NCBI GenBank assembly: GCA_027491395.1
Contig: JAOZFI010000032.1
Location: 1-23,695 of the forward strand
Length of the DNA: 23,695 bases
Source of the DNA: Thermoproteota archaeon
GTDB lineage: Archaea; Korarchaeota; Korarchaeia; Korarchaeales; Korarchaeaceae
Direction of reading: 5' to 3'
Under the pieces are notes generated by a model. That model made no database searches. It was given only the letters and a program-made list of their open reading frames with translations, and had not been told where the DNA came from. The position numbers were made by a program, and so were the translations under genes. Shown here one piece after another: positions 1-7,919 of the stretch (its first letter is position 1; the number at the start of each line of letters is the position of its first letter).

Positions 1-25
1 CACCGCATCCAATCACCTGAGGGAG

Positions 26-664
26 ATGCTGATCGACATCTTCGACGTCAGGAGGGAGGTGGCTGAATCACCGTTGGGCAGGTACCTAGTTGCCTTCTTC
101 GTACTAATCCTCCTGTCATCGGATGCCACCTACCTCGTGGAGCTCACCGACTTCGGCGTGCTGATATCCATGATCGCCATAGCTTGGAGCGTGACGAGGC
201 TGGAGAAGATGGCGGGCATGGAGGAGAAGGTATCTCTTCCTCTGACCTCGGTACTCTTGACGGGTATAGCTGCCTTTGTACTGGCTGTTGTGTCCCCTGA
301 TGTGGCCTTCGGAGGGGTGCTCTTCATCTTGGCTGCCACCATCTCCTTAGGTGTGGTTGCCTACGAGCTTGGGGTCGTGGAGCTCCTAACGCTCGTCACC
401 TCACTCATAGCGCTAATCTCCTCACCTGCGGTCATAGAGGCGATGAAGGGCCTCTCCGCGATGGGAGCTCTGCCGCCTACGATAGTAGCTTTCCTCCCGT
501 TCGCCCAGATAGCTCTAGATATACTGGCCATCTCTACGTTCATGCTGATGGCTTACTTGCTGGTCAAGAATAGGAGAACCGCCCTCATCATAATGAAGCC
601 TGCATTCGAATTTTTCGACCTCCTGAAGGAGAGATTCAGGGCGTGGAGGAATTCATCCGGTTGA
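26..664 (+). CDS. Hypothetical multi-pass membrane protein
   Basis: 212-aa ORF with about 6-7 hydrophobic segments; GAGGGAG just upstream of the ATG; no family motif recognised. Confidence 0.7.
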   Translation: MLIDIFDVRREVAESPLGRYLVAFFVLILLSSDATYLVELTDFGVLISMIAIAWSVTRLEKMAGMEEKVSLPLTSVLLTGIAAFVLAVVSPDVAFGGVLFILAATISLGVVAYELGVVELLTLVTSLIALISSPAVIEAMKGLSAMGALPPTIVAFLPFAQIALDILAISTFMLMAYLLVKNRRTALIIMKPAFEFFDLLKERFRAWRNSSG

Positions 665-706
665 GAATTCATCCTCCCTTCACCCACCAGATTTCCGCTG
701 GAATGT

Positions 707-729
707 CGTTATCTCATTAGAAGATAATG
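707..729. promoter_or_regulatory. Inverted repeat, candidate operator upstream of aor
   Basis: CGTTATCT-N7-AGATAATG; the core TTATCT/AGATAA is perfectly complementary; lies in the AT-rich intergenic region. Confidence 0.45.
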
Positions 730-846
730 CAAATGTTCTAACGTTATCACTAAAAGGAAATCGTGTGAACTATTTACTCCAAAATGTTATATTCGATTTC
801 CCCTTCATTCTTAAATAGGTGATGTTTTCTGCCCAAAGGCGGGTCT

Positions 847-2703
847 ATGGGTAGGTACGCCCGGGTCGATCTGACCTCGGGCAGGGTCACCGTCGGGAAC
901 ACCTTCGACCTAATACCCGAGGAGGTAATGAGGCAGTGGATTGGAGGCAGGGGCCTCGGAGTCTACCTGATGCTGAAGGAAGTTGATCCCAAGGTTGATC
1001 CCTTGAGCCCTGAGAACAAGGCTTTCGTCCTCACCGGACCTGTGACTGGCGTTGCTGCTGGATTAGAGGCCGGCAGGTGGACAAGCGTGACCAAGTCGCC
1101 CCTGACCAACACGGTACACGACTCCCAGTCCGGAGGACACTTCGGGCCCTACATGAAGTTCGCCGGCTTCGATCTGGTCATACTGGAAGGAGCATCTGAT
1201 GAGCCCGTGTATCTAGTGCTGGAGGAAGGAAAGGCTGAACTGAGGGATGCCAAGGACCTCTGGGGCAAGGACACCCACGAAACCACCAGGATACTGGAAA
1301 AGAGGCATGGGAAGAATGCGAAGGTGGCCTGCATAGGGCCCGCCGGTGAGAGACTTTCCCTGCTGGCGGCGATAATAAACGACATGGGGAGAGCCGCTGG
1401 AAGGGGAGCTCACGGAGCGGTTTGGGGCTCCAAGAAGCTGAAGGCCATAGTTGCTGTGGGGAGCATGAAGGTGCCGATAGGGGACGAGCAGAAGTTCCAA
1501 GAGGTGCTGAGGGACGCAGTGGACAAGAAGAAGCAGAGCGGCGTCACCAACGAGGCACTTCCGAACTATGGGACCGCTGTTCTCGTGAACATAATTAACC
1601 AAGCGGGCATATTCCCGACTAGGAACTTCCAAGAGGCCGTGTTCGAGGAGGCGGAGAACCTCAGCGGTGAGAGGATCGCCGCGGAGATCCTGCTGAAGAA
1701 GCAGCCGTGCTGGGGATGCATAATAGCATGCGGCAGGTTCTCCAAGACGAGGAAGCCTTGGGCCGGGATCGGTGATGGACCGGAGTATGAGACGGTCTGG
1801 GCCCTCGGTGCCAACACGGGAACTGGCGATCTCGATGCCGTCACCAAGGCGAACTTCCTGTGCAACGAGCTAGGGATGGACACTATAGAGACCGGAAATG
1901 CAATAGCGGTTGCGATGGAGCTCTACGAGAAGGGAGCCATATCGGAGGAGGAGAAGGAGAGGCTGGACGGTGTAGAGCTTAACTTCGGGAACCCACAGGC
2001 AGTGGTAGAGATGACGTGGCGCGCTGCCTACAGGAGCGGTTTCGGAGACGACATCTCGCTCGGGGGCTACAGGCTGGCTAAAAAGTATGGAAAGCCCGAG
2101 TTCTCCATGCATGTGAGGGGGCAGTCCCTGCCTGCTTACGATCCGAGGGGGGTGCAGGGTCACGCCCTCGGTTACGCGACCAGCAACAGGGGAGGGTGTC
2201 ATCTCAGGGCCTACATGATCTCCCCCGAGATATTGGGAGTTCCCAAGAAGCTCGACCCATACTCCACTGAGGGCAAGGCCGAACTCCTGAAGGAGTTCCA
2301 GGATGTGTTCGCGGCGTTGGACAGCATGGTGGTGTGCAAGTTCGTCACCTTCGCCTACTGGGATCAGGAGCTCGCTGCCCAGGTCAGCGCGGTGACCGGA
2401 TGGGACATGACTCCCGAAGAGTTCAGGACCGTGGGAGAACGCATCTACAACGCCGAGAGGGCATTTAACGCAATGGCTTTCGGGGATGGGGAGGAGTACG
2501 ATACACTGCCTGACAGGTTGACCAAGGTGCCCATACCTGGCGGCCCCTCTAAGGGACACGTAGCCAAGCTGGACGAGATGCTTCCCGAGTATTACCAAGT
2601 GAGGGGCTGGGTCAAGGGCAGGCCCACCAGGGAGACCCTAGAGAGGCTCGGCCTGAAGGAAGTGGCCGACAGGATGGAGCAGATGGGAGTTCTGCCATCC
2701 TGA
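847..2703 (+). CDS. aor: Aldehyde:ferredoxin oxidoreductase family protein (tungstopterin, 4Fe-4S); possible true start at CTG 829
   Basis: 618 aa with motifs GGRGLG, KSPLT, GRGAHGAVWGSKKLKAI, CWGCIIAC (CxxCxxxC), EYET, RGGCHL, distal VVCKF and C-terminal YYQVRGW..GRPTRETLERLGL. Confidence 0.95.
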   Translation: MGRYARVDLTSGRVTVGNTFDLIPEEVMRQWIGGRGLGVYLMLKEVDPKVDPLSPENKAFVLTGPVTGVAAGLEAGRWTSVTKSPLTNTVHDSQSGGHFGPYMKFAGFDLVILEGASDEPVYLVLEEGKAELRDAKDLWGKDTHETTRILEKRHGKNAKVACIGPAGERLSLLAAIINDMGRAAGRGAHGAVWGSKKLKAIVAVGSMKVPIGDEQKFQEVLRDAVDKKKQSGVTNEALPNYGTAVLVNIINQAGIFPTRNFQEAVFEEAENLSGERIAAEILLKKQPCWGCIIACGRFSKTRKPWAGIGDGPEYETVWALGANTGTGDLDAVTKANFLCNELGMDTIETGNAIAVAMELYEKGAISEEEKERLDGVELNFGNPQAVVEMTWRAAYRSGFGDDISLGGYRLAKKYGKPEFSMHVRGQSLPAYDPRGVQGHALGYATSNRGGCHLRAYMISPEILGVPKKLDPYSTEGKAELLKEFQDVFAALDSMVVCKFVTFAYWDQELAAQVSAVTGWDMTPEEFRTVGERIYNAERAFNAMAFGDGEEYDTLPDRLTKVPIPGGPSKGHVAKLDEMLPEYYQVRGWVKGRPTRETLERLGLKEVADRMEQMGVLPS

Positions 2704-2715
2704 ATCTCCCTTCAC

Positions 2716-2729
2716 CTTTCTACTTTTTC
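2716..2729 (+). terminator. Pyrimidine/oligo-T tract, likely archaeal terminator of aor
   Basis: ctttctactttttc shortly after the TGA stop at 2703. Confidence 0.45.
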
Positions 2730-2911
2730 ATCCACTCCGGATTCAGGCACTAAAATTCATCTCTTGGTTTCTACCGACGGAATGGAGCCTCTTCTCACTT
2801 TATGTATGCAACATGTATACCAAACACACCTCTACAGTATTAGAGGTGCTCCTAACGTGGGAGCCGACGCAAGATTTAACTATGATGTAGGAATTATTCA
2901 CACCGATCAGT

Positions 2912-3169
2912 ATGATTACAGTCAGGAAGAGAGTGGGACCCCGGGGACAGATAGTCATACCGAAGCTGCTCAGGGATGCCCTCGGCATAGGCCCCGGTGA
3001 TGACGTGCTGATCGAGGTGAGGGGAGGAGAGATCGTAATAAGACCAGGGAAGGATCCTGAAAAATTTTTAGAGGAATTCTGCGGGGTAGTCCGAAACAAG
3101 CTGAGGGAGAGGGTGGACTTGGAGCGCATGATCGAGGAGGAGGTGGAGGAGAGGTTTGCTCTACGTTGA
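2912..3169 (+). CDS. AbrB/MazE/SpoVT-family antitoxin
   Basis: RVGPRGQIVIPKLLRDALGIGPGDDVLIEVRGGEIVIRP is a classic swapped-hairpin signature; overlaps the downstream PIN gene. Confidence 0.92.
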   Translation: MITVRKRVGPRGQIVIPKLLRDALGIGPGDDVLIEVRGGEIVIRPGKDPEKFLEEFCGVVRNKLRERVDLERMIEEEVEERFALR

Positions 3170-3560
3170 TTCAAACGTTTTCATCTACCCCCTCATATAC
3201 GATACTGAGGTTGAGGAGGCGGGGAGGTCGAGGCAGTTCCTGAAAAGGATGGCCTCGGGGGAGGTTATGGCCTACACTTCCACATTGAGCTGGGACGAAC
3301 TGGTCTGGGTGGTCCGGAAGGTGGATGGTGTGGAATCATCCGTCAGGGCTGGCAGACTCTTCCTGAACTTTCCTCACCTGAGGTTCTTAACTGTGACCAA
3401 GAATACCCTGTTAAGGGCTCAGGAGATAATGGAGAAGTACGGAGTGAAACCCAGAGATTCCATACACGCTGCATCCGCTTTTGAGAATGGTATAACGACC
3501 TTAGTAAGCTACGATACGGATTTCGATAAGGTGGGTGGGCTGGAGAGGCTGGAACCCTAG
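3156..3560 (+). CDS. vapC: PIN-domain VapC toxin (type II TA)
   Basis: YVDSNVFIY ... WDE ... RDSIHAASA ... LVSYDTDFD acidic PIN residues; 14-nt overlap with the antitoxin. Confidence 0.93.
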   Translation: MLYVDSNVFIYPLIYDTEVEEAGRSRQFLKRMASGEVMAYTSTLSWDELVWVVRKVDGVESSVRAGRLFLNFPHLRFLTVTKNTLLRAQEIMEKYGVKPRDSIHAASAFENGITTLVSYDTDFDKVGGLERLEP

Positions 3561-3617
3561 TCTAAGAGTCCTCCAAGCTGTGTGGTCTACACACCTCTTT
3601 TGCCGAGCACGCAACTA

Positions 3618-3625
3618 TTATATAA
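3618..3625 (+). promoter_or_regulatory. TATA box for the S-component/radical SAM operon
   Basis: TTATATAA about 30 nt upstream of ATG 3656, which favours 3656 over TTG 3632 as the start. Confidence 0.55.
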
Positions 3626-3655
3626 AAGTAATTGCTGATCCCGCCAAGTGGGAGC

Positions 3656-4189
3656 ATGGAGGTTCCTCGCAGCCGTAACATTAGCGTGAAGGTTAGTTTA
3701 ATAGCCATATTCTCCGTTCTGGCCTTCCTGGCAGCCCTTTTCGTCAAGCTGACCGTCAGCTACGGGGCCATAGTCTATGCGATCTTGCTCCTGATCGGCG
3801 TTCTAGTAATCAGGGAACCCTACTCGGCTACTGCGATATCGTTCGTCGCGGGACTTCTGTACAGTTTCCAGTCGATCCTCTTCCTCCTCATCCTAGGGGC
3901 CTTCCTCGTCAGAGGCCTGGTGATAGATGTGGCTTTCTGGCTCTCGGGAGTTTACAAGGAAGCAGAGAAGGGCAGATACAGGGTCGTACCGATAGCCCTC
4001 ACCATGGTGATCTCCAGCTTCCTCGCGGGCATCTACCAGTACCTCTTCATAACTCTCTTCTTAGGGAAGCTGGTAGACTTCGGCGCCTTCATAGTCTCCA
4101 CCATCTTCTTGGTGGCCTTGGTATCCAATTTGCTGGCTGGAATCCTCGTTCCCAAGTACGTCATGCCTCGGATCGAGATGCGCTGGTGA
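3656..4189 (+). CDS. Membrane protein resembling an ECF transporter S-component
   Basis: About 177 aa with about 6 TM helices; pattern SLIAIFSVL...LVIREPYSATAISFVAGLL...GLVIDV resembles S-component families; stop lies 4 nt before the next ATG. Confidence 0.6.
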   Translation: MEVPRSRNISVKVSLIAIFSVLAFLAALFVKLTVSYGAIVYAILLLIGVLVIREPYSATAISFVAGLLYSFQSILFLLILGAFLVRGLVIDVAFWLSGVYKEAEKGRYRVVPIALTMVISSFLAGIYQYLFITLFLGKLVDFGAFIVSTIFLVALVSNLLAGILVPKYVMPRIEMRW

Positions 4190-4193
4190 TGCT

Positions 4194-5303
4194 ATGACCC
4201 ATCTCAGGTCCCTGTTTACAGGTAACGATCCCCTCTCGGCGGCCGAGAGAGCAGCCATGGCCTCCTTGAGGAGAGGTGGGATCAGCTCGGTTATATGGAT
4301 CGTCACCGAGCGGTGTAACCTCAGATGCATTCACTGCTACGAGGGGGGCAGGATCACGCCAGAGCTCTCCACTGGAGAGGTGCTCAGGGTAGCTGAGAGG
4401 CTGAAGGAGGCTGGTCGACCCCTCACCTTCATCTCCGGAGGGGAGCCCCTCCTCCGGGACGATATAATGATCTTGTTGAGGAAGCTGAAGGAATTTGGAA
4501 TCAGGGTCATCCTGAGCACCAATGGGACACTTGTTGACGAGAAGATGGCAAGAGAACTGGCTGATTCGGGAGTGAATAACGTGGCCATCCCGCTCTACGG
4601 ACCTGAGGATGTGCACGATGCTTTCACGAGGATGCCCGGTTCCCACGAGAGGGTGATCAGAGCCCTCGGACTGCTGAGGGACTACGGCCTGAGCCTGACC
4701 ATAAAGACCGTGGTAGCGAGGAGGGTGCTTCCCCACATCAAGTATCTCTTCGACTTGGCAGTGGAGTACGGAGCTAAGGCCGTATATCTCTGCGACTTCA
4801 TACCGGTAGGCAGGGGTGCCTTGATGAGGGAGGAAGTTCCCTCCAAGGAGGAGTGGAGGTCACTGCTCGACTGGTTCATAGATGAGATGCTCTTGGGTGG
4901 TGCCTACGGGGGGGTGGAGATAGATATAGGGTTGCACCCATCCACCGCCATCTACGTTATGGAGAGGCTCAGGGAAAGGGGTTACGATACCTCCCGAGCC
5001 GAGGAAAGGATGAAGGATAGGAGGCTCTCCGTTGAAGGTAGGGGCTTCATTTCAATCTCGCCCACCGGCGATGTGTACCTGAGCAACTACCTAACGGATT
5101 TCAGGCTGGGGAATGCCCTTCGAGATGACCTCAAGAAGCTCCTGAACCATCCACTGTACAGATCCGCTGGCGACTCCTCGCAGCTGAAGGGTAGGTGCGG
5201 CTCCTGCCCCTACAAGGACATGTGTGGGGGATCGAGGGTGAAAGCATACATCTACACAGGAGACCTCCTAGGAGAGGATCCCACATGCCTCATCCAAGAC
5301 TGA
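4194..5303 (+). CDS. Radical SAM/SPASM protein, AhbC/NirJ-like
   Basis: VIWIVTERCNLRCIHCY (CX3CX2C), SGGEPL, STNGT, C-terminal CGSCPYKDMCGGSR...EDPTC. Confidence 0.85.
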   Translation: MTHLRSLFTGNDPLSAAERAAMASLRRGGISSVIWIVTERCNLRCIHCYEGGRITPELSTGEVLRVAERLKEAGRPLTFISGGEPLLRDDIMILLRKLKEFGIRVILSTNGTLVDEKMARELADSGVNNVAIPLYGPEDVHDAFTRMPGSHERVIRALGLLRDYGLSLTIKTVVARRVLPHIKYLFDLAVEYGAKAVYLCDFIPVGRGALMREEVPSKEEWRSLLDWFIDEMLLGGAYGGVEIDIGLHPSTAIYVMERLRERGYDTSRAEERMKDRRLSVEGRGFISISPTGDVYLSNYLTDFRLGNALRDDLKKLLNHPLYRSAGDSSQLKGRCGSCPYKDMCGGSRVKAYIYTGDLLGEDPTCLIQD

Positions 5304-6457
5304 ACTTAGATGAGAGGCCCATCCTCATTTTCTGGGAGATGACTAAGGCCTGCCTCCTGAAGTGCAGGCATTGTCGTGCTGAGGCCATTCCAGATCCCCT
5401 GCCAGGTGAACTCTCAACGGATGAGGGTAAGAGGCTGGTCGATCAGGTCAGGAGATTCGGTGAGCCCTATCCAGTGCTGATACTCACCGGTGGAGATCCC
5501 CTCATGAGGGAAGACTTGGAGGAGATAGTGAGGTACGCAACTGACTCTGGTCTGAGGGTGGGCATAGCCCCAGCGGTGACCGAGAAGCTCCTGAACTCGC
5601 TGGACATGCTCTCCAAGTACGGCGTTCGCTTCATCTCTATAAGCTTGGATGGCATGAGGGAGACTCACGACTACATAAGAGGGGTTCGGGGCCATTTCGA
5701 GGCCACGCTGGAGTTTCTCAGGATACTAGCAGATGGCAGAGATAGGTGGGTACCTCAGGTGAACACTCTCGTTTCCAAGGAGAGCGTGATGGACCTCCCG
5801 GAAATAGCCCACCTCCTCACAGAGTTAGGCATAAAGATCTGGGAACTCTTCTTCCTAATCAAGGTAGGGAGAGGGGTGGAGCTAACGGACCTATCCCCTC
5901 GAGAGTATGAGGATGTGGTTCACTTCCTCTTCGAGGTCTCCAAGTACGGAATGGAGGTGAGGACCGTCGAAGCCCACTTCTTCAGGAGAGTCTACCTCAC
6001 TAGGAGAGGGGAGGGGATGGAGGGTATAAGTGGCAATGGCGATTACGTGGACGGAATCGCCATGAGGTACGGGTTGGGAGACCTCTACAGGAGGCTCACG
6101 AGGAGACTCATAGACCTGATGGGGCTCCCAATGGGGAAGCCTTCAACGAGGTCAGCTCAAACTAGAGACGGATACGGTATCCTATTCGTCGCATACAACG
6201 GGGATGTGTACCCCAGTGGTTTCGCGCCTTACAGGCTGGGTAACGTGAGGTCTGAGGACATTGTGAGGATATACAGGGAGAATGGGATCCTGAGAAGGAT
6301 TAAGAGGGCCGAATTCAGGGGGAGATGCGGGAGCTGCGAGTATAGACACATATGCGGCGGCAGCAGAGCTAGGGCCCTTGCATTGACTGGAGACATACTG
6401 GGCGAGGATCCTGCGTGCATTTACAGGCCGAACTCGATGGGGTTTGGCGGAAGTTGA
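5285..6457 (+). CDS. Radical SAM/SPASM protein, TIGR04053-like (NirJ/AhbD-related)
   Basis: Start moved to MPHPR (ATG 5285); PILIFWEMTKACLLKCRHCRAEA, LTGGDPL, FFLIKVGRG, DGYGILFV..GDVYPSGF, CGSCEYRHICGGSRARA...EDPAC. Confidence 0.88.
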   Translation: MPHPRLNLDERPILIFWEMTKACLLKCRHCRAEAIPDPLPGELSTDEGKRLVDQVRRFGEPYPVLILTGGDPLMREDLEEIVRYATDSGLRVGIAPAVTEKLLNSLDMLSKYGVRFISISLDGMRETHDYIRGVRGHFEATLEFLRILADGRDRWVPQVNTLVSKESVMDLPEIAHLLTELGIKIWELFFLIKVGRGVELTDLSPREYEDVVHFLFEVSKYGMEVRTVEAHFFRRVYLTRRGEGMEGISGNGDYVDGIAMRYGLGDLYRRLTRRLIDLMGLPMGKPSTRSAQTRDGYGILFVAYNGDVYPSGFAPYRLGNVRSEDIVRIYRENGILRRIKRAEFRGRCGSCEYRHICGGSRARALALTGDILGEDPACIYRPNSMGFGGS

Positions 6458-6996
6458 TCCCGGAGGTTCTGTATCAATAAAGTTAATGGGAGCTCTTGCA
6501 AGCAACCAACCAACTCTAACACAAAACTACCGTCTTAATGGATGAACGTTCAGTCCCATCCTTGATCCAAAACCCATAAGGAATCCGTCCCTGGTGAGAA
6601 GAGGGACCTGAACCTCCTCCAAGTAACCGCAACGATAGCATCCGCAACGCGGGCCAGTAACCTTCTCTTTCCTCAATAAACAGATCCATGCGATCTAGGA
6701 CAAGTGAATAGGCTTCCACAAGGTCGTCCAAGATGATTAGGACTACCTTAACCTTTCTTTACCTGCAGGGAGCGCATTTGAGGTATTTGGGCTCTGCTGC
6801 GGGTCGGGAAGACATTTCACAGAGATGAACAGTCGAGCTATACCGCGATTCAACGAGTTATAACGTGAGATTCGCGGAAGTGATTTGGAAACGGAGATCC
6901 TAGGATTGGTATGCCGCCAGATTCCCTCGATCCCATCCTAAGTAGGGATAGATCTCCGACAATCTTTATCCCTCCCTATGGGAGTCGACCAACGTA

Positions 6997-7919
6997 ATGG
7001 TGGGCAGCTTGACAGACGGGCTGACGGATCAGCGACCAAGCGAACCGGTCCATGAACTCCTCTGTAGAGGAGCTAGGGTGAGAGTTAGGGGCTGCAAGGT
7101 CGAGGTAATTACGGATCCCGCTGTAGTCAGCTGTCCCTACGTAAGAGCTGTTTACGGGATAGAGATAGCGGACAGGGAAGCTGTCAGGAAGATAGTCGAG
7201 AGGAAGATCGAGGAGTACGGCCATTTCTGCCCGCACAGGTCCCTGAAGTCCGATAGGATCATTCCATTCGGCAGTTCCGAGATGATAAGCACGGTCATGG
7301 GTGAGATCCTCGATGCTGCGGTGGTGGTTTGCGATGGGGCTGGTACCGTAATCACGGGAAACCCGGAGCTGTTACAGGGCATAGGCGCCGCCATGACCGG
7401 CCTCATCAAGACGACACCCATACCCGAGGTGGTCAGGAGGATAGAGGACATGGGCGGGAAAGTGCTCGATCCGCCGAGGATAGATCAGGTTGAGGGGGTG
7501 AGGAGGGCCTTCCAAGAGGGCTTAGGAAGGTGGCTGTGACTGTAATCGGATTGAACGCGGAGATCATTCCAAAGCTGAGGGAACTGGAGAAGGAGGTTGA
7601 GGGAGCTGAACTAGCGATCTTCTCAACGTGCAACACCCTAGTCCCTAGGGAGCATTTAAAGTACCTAGAGATGGCTGACATAGTTTGCTCGAGCGCTTCG
7701 AGACTGGTTCTTAGGAGGATTGGAAAGAGAGCCCTTATGCAGCTGGGCGTAGGAATACCAGTTTTCGCGCTTACCAGGCTAGGGAGGAGAATTGCCCTCA
7801 GATATCTGGAGGGGATGAAGTCACCGTTCGTGGTATCTAGGGCGAGGATGCCCTACTTGATTGAGGAGAGGCTCCCAATCCCAGTCAAGGGCCGAAGGGG
7901 ATCAGAGCATCGAATCTAG
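6997..7919 (+). pseudogene. DUF2099-family (methanogenesis marker protein 8-like) gene split by a 1-nt frameshift near 7518-7524, or a sequencing error
   Basis: ORF 6997-7539 has SCP, FGSSEM, DAAVVVCDGAGTVIT.NPELLQGIG..MTGLIKTTPIPEV, IDQVEGV; the -1 frame continues LRKVAVTV...CSSAS...QLGVGIPVFALT..G to 7919. Confidence 0.8.

Noticed and set aside
649-674. 10-bp direct repeat GAATTCATCC flanking the stop of the first gene
   Set aside because: Only two copies 6 nt apart with nothing inserted; not a CRISPR or a target-site duplication
735-742. SurR-like box upstream of aor
   Set aside because: GTTCTAAC has a 2-nt spacer, not the GTT-N3-AAC consensus
1870-2598. 242-aa antisense ORF within aor, and similar shadow ORFs (e.g. 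4161-4736, 10448-10894, 17933-18385, 19777-20274)
   Set aside because: They lie entirely opposite well-supported genes, show no motifs, and are expected from codon bias
2882-2935. C/D-box-like pattern at the antitoxin start
   Set aside because: Degenerate C box and no terminal CTGA D box
2764-3000. 78-aa ORF upstream of and overlapping the antitoxin
   Set aside because: Runs through promoter-like sequence and out of frame into the AbrB gene; no motif
5195-5284. 30-aa N-terminal extension of the second radical SAM ORF
   Set aside because: It overlaps the conserved Cys tail of the upstream gene; ATG 5285 gives a family-typical start
6488-6547. Short plus-strand ORF MGALASNQPTLTQNYRLNG as a RiPP precursor for the SPASM enzymes
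   Set aside because: No clear RBS, no RRE/PqqD domain, peptidase or exporter nearby, and the enzymes resemble tetrapyrrole-modifying families
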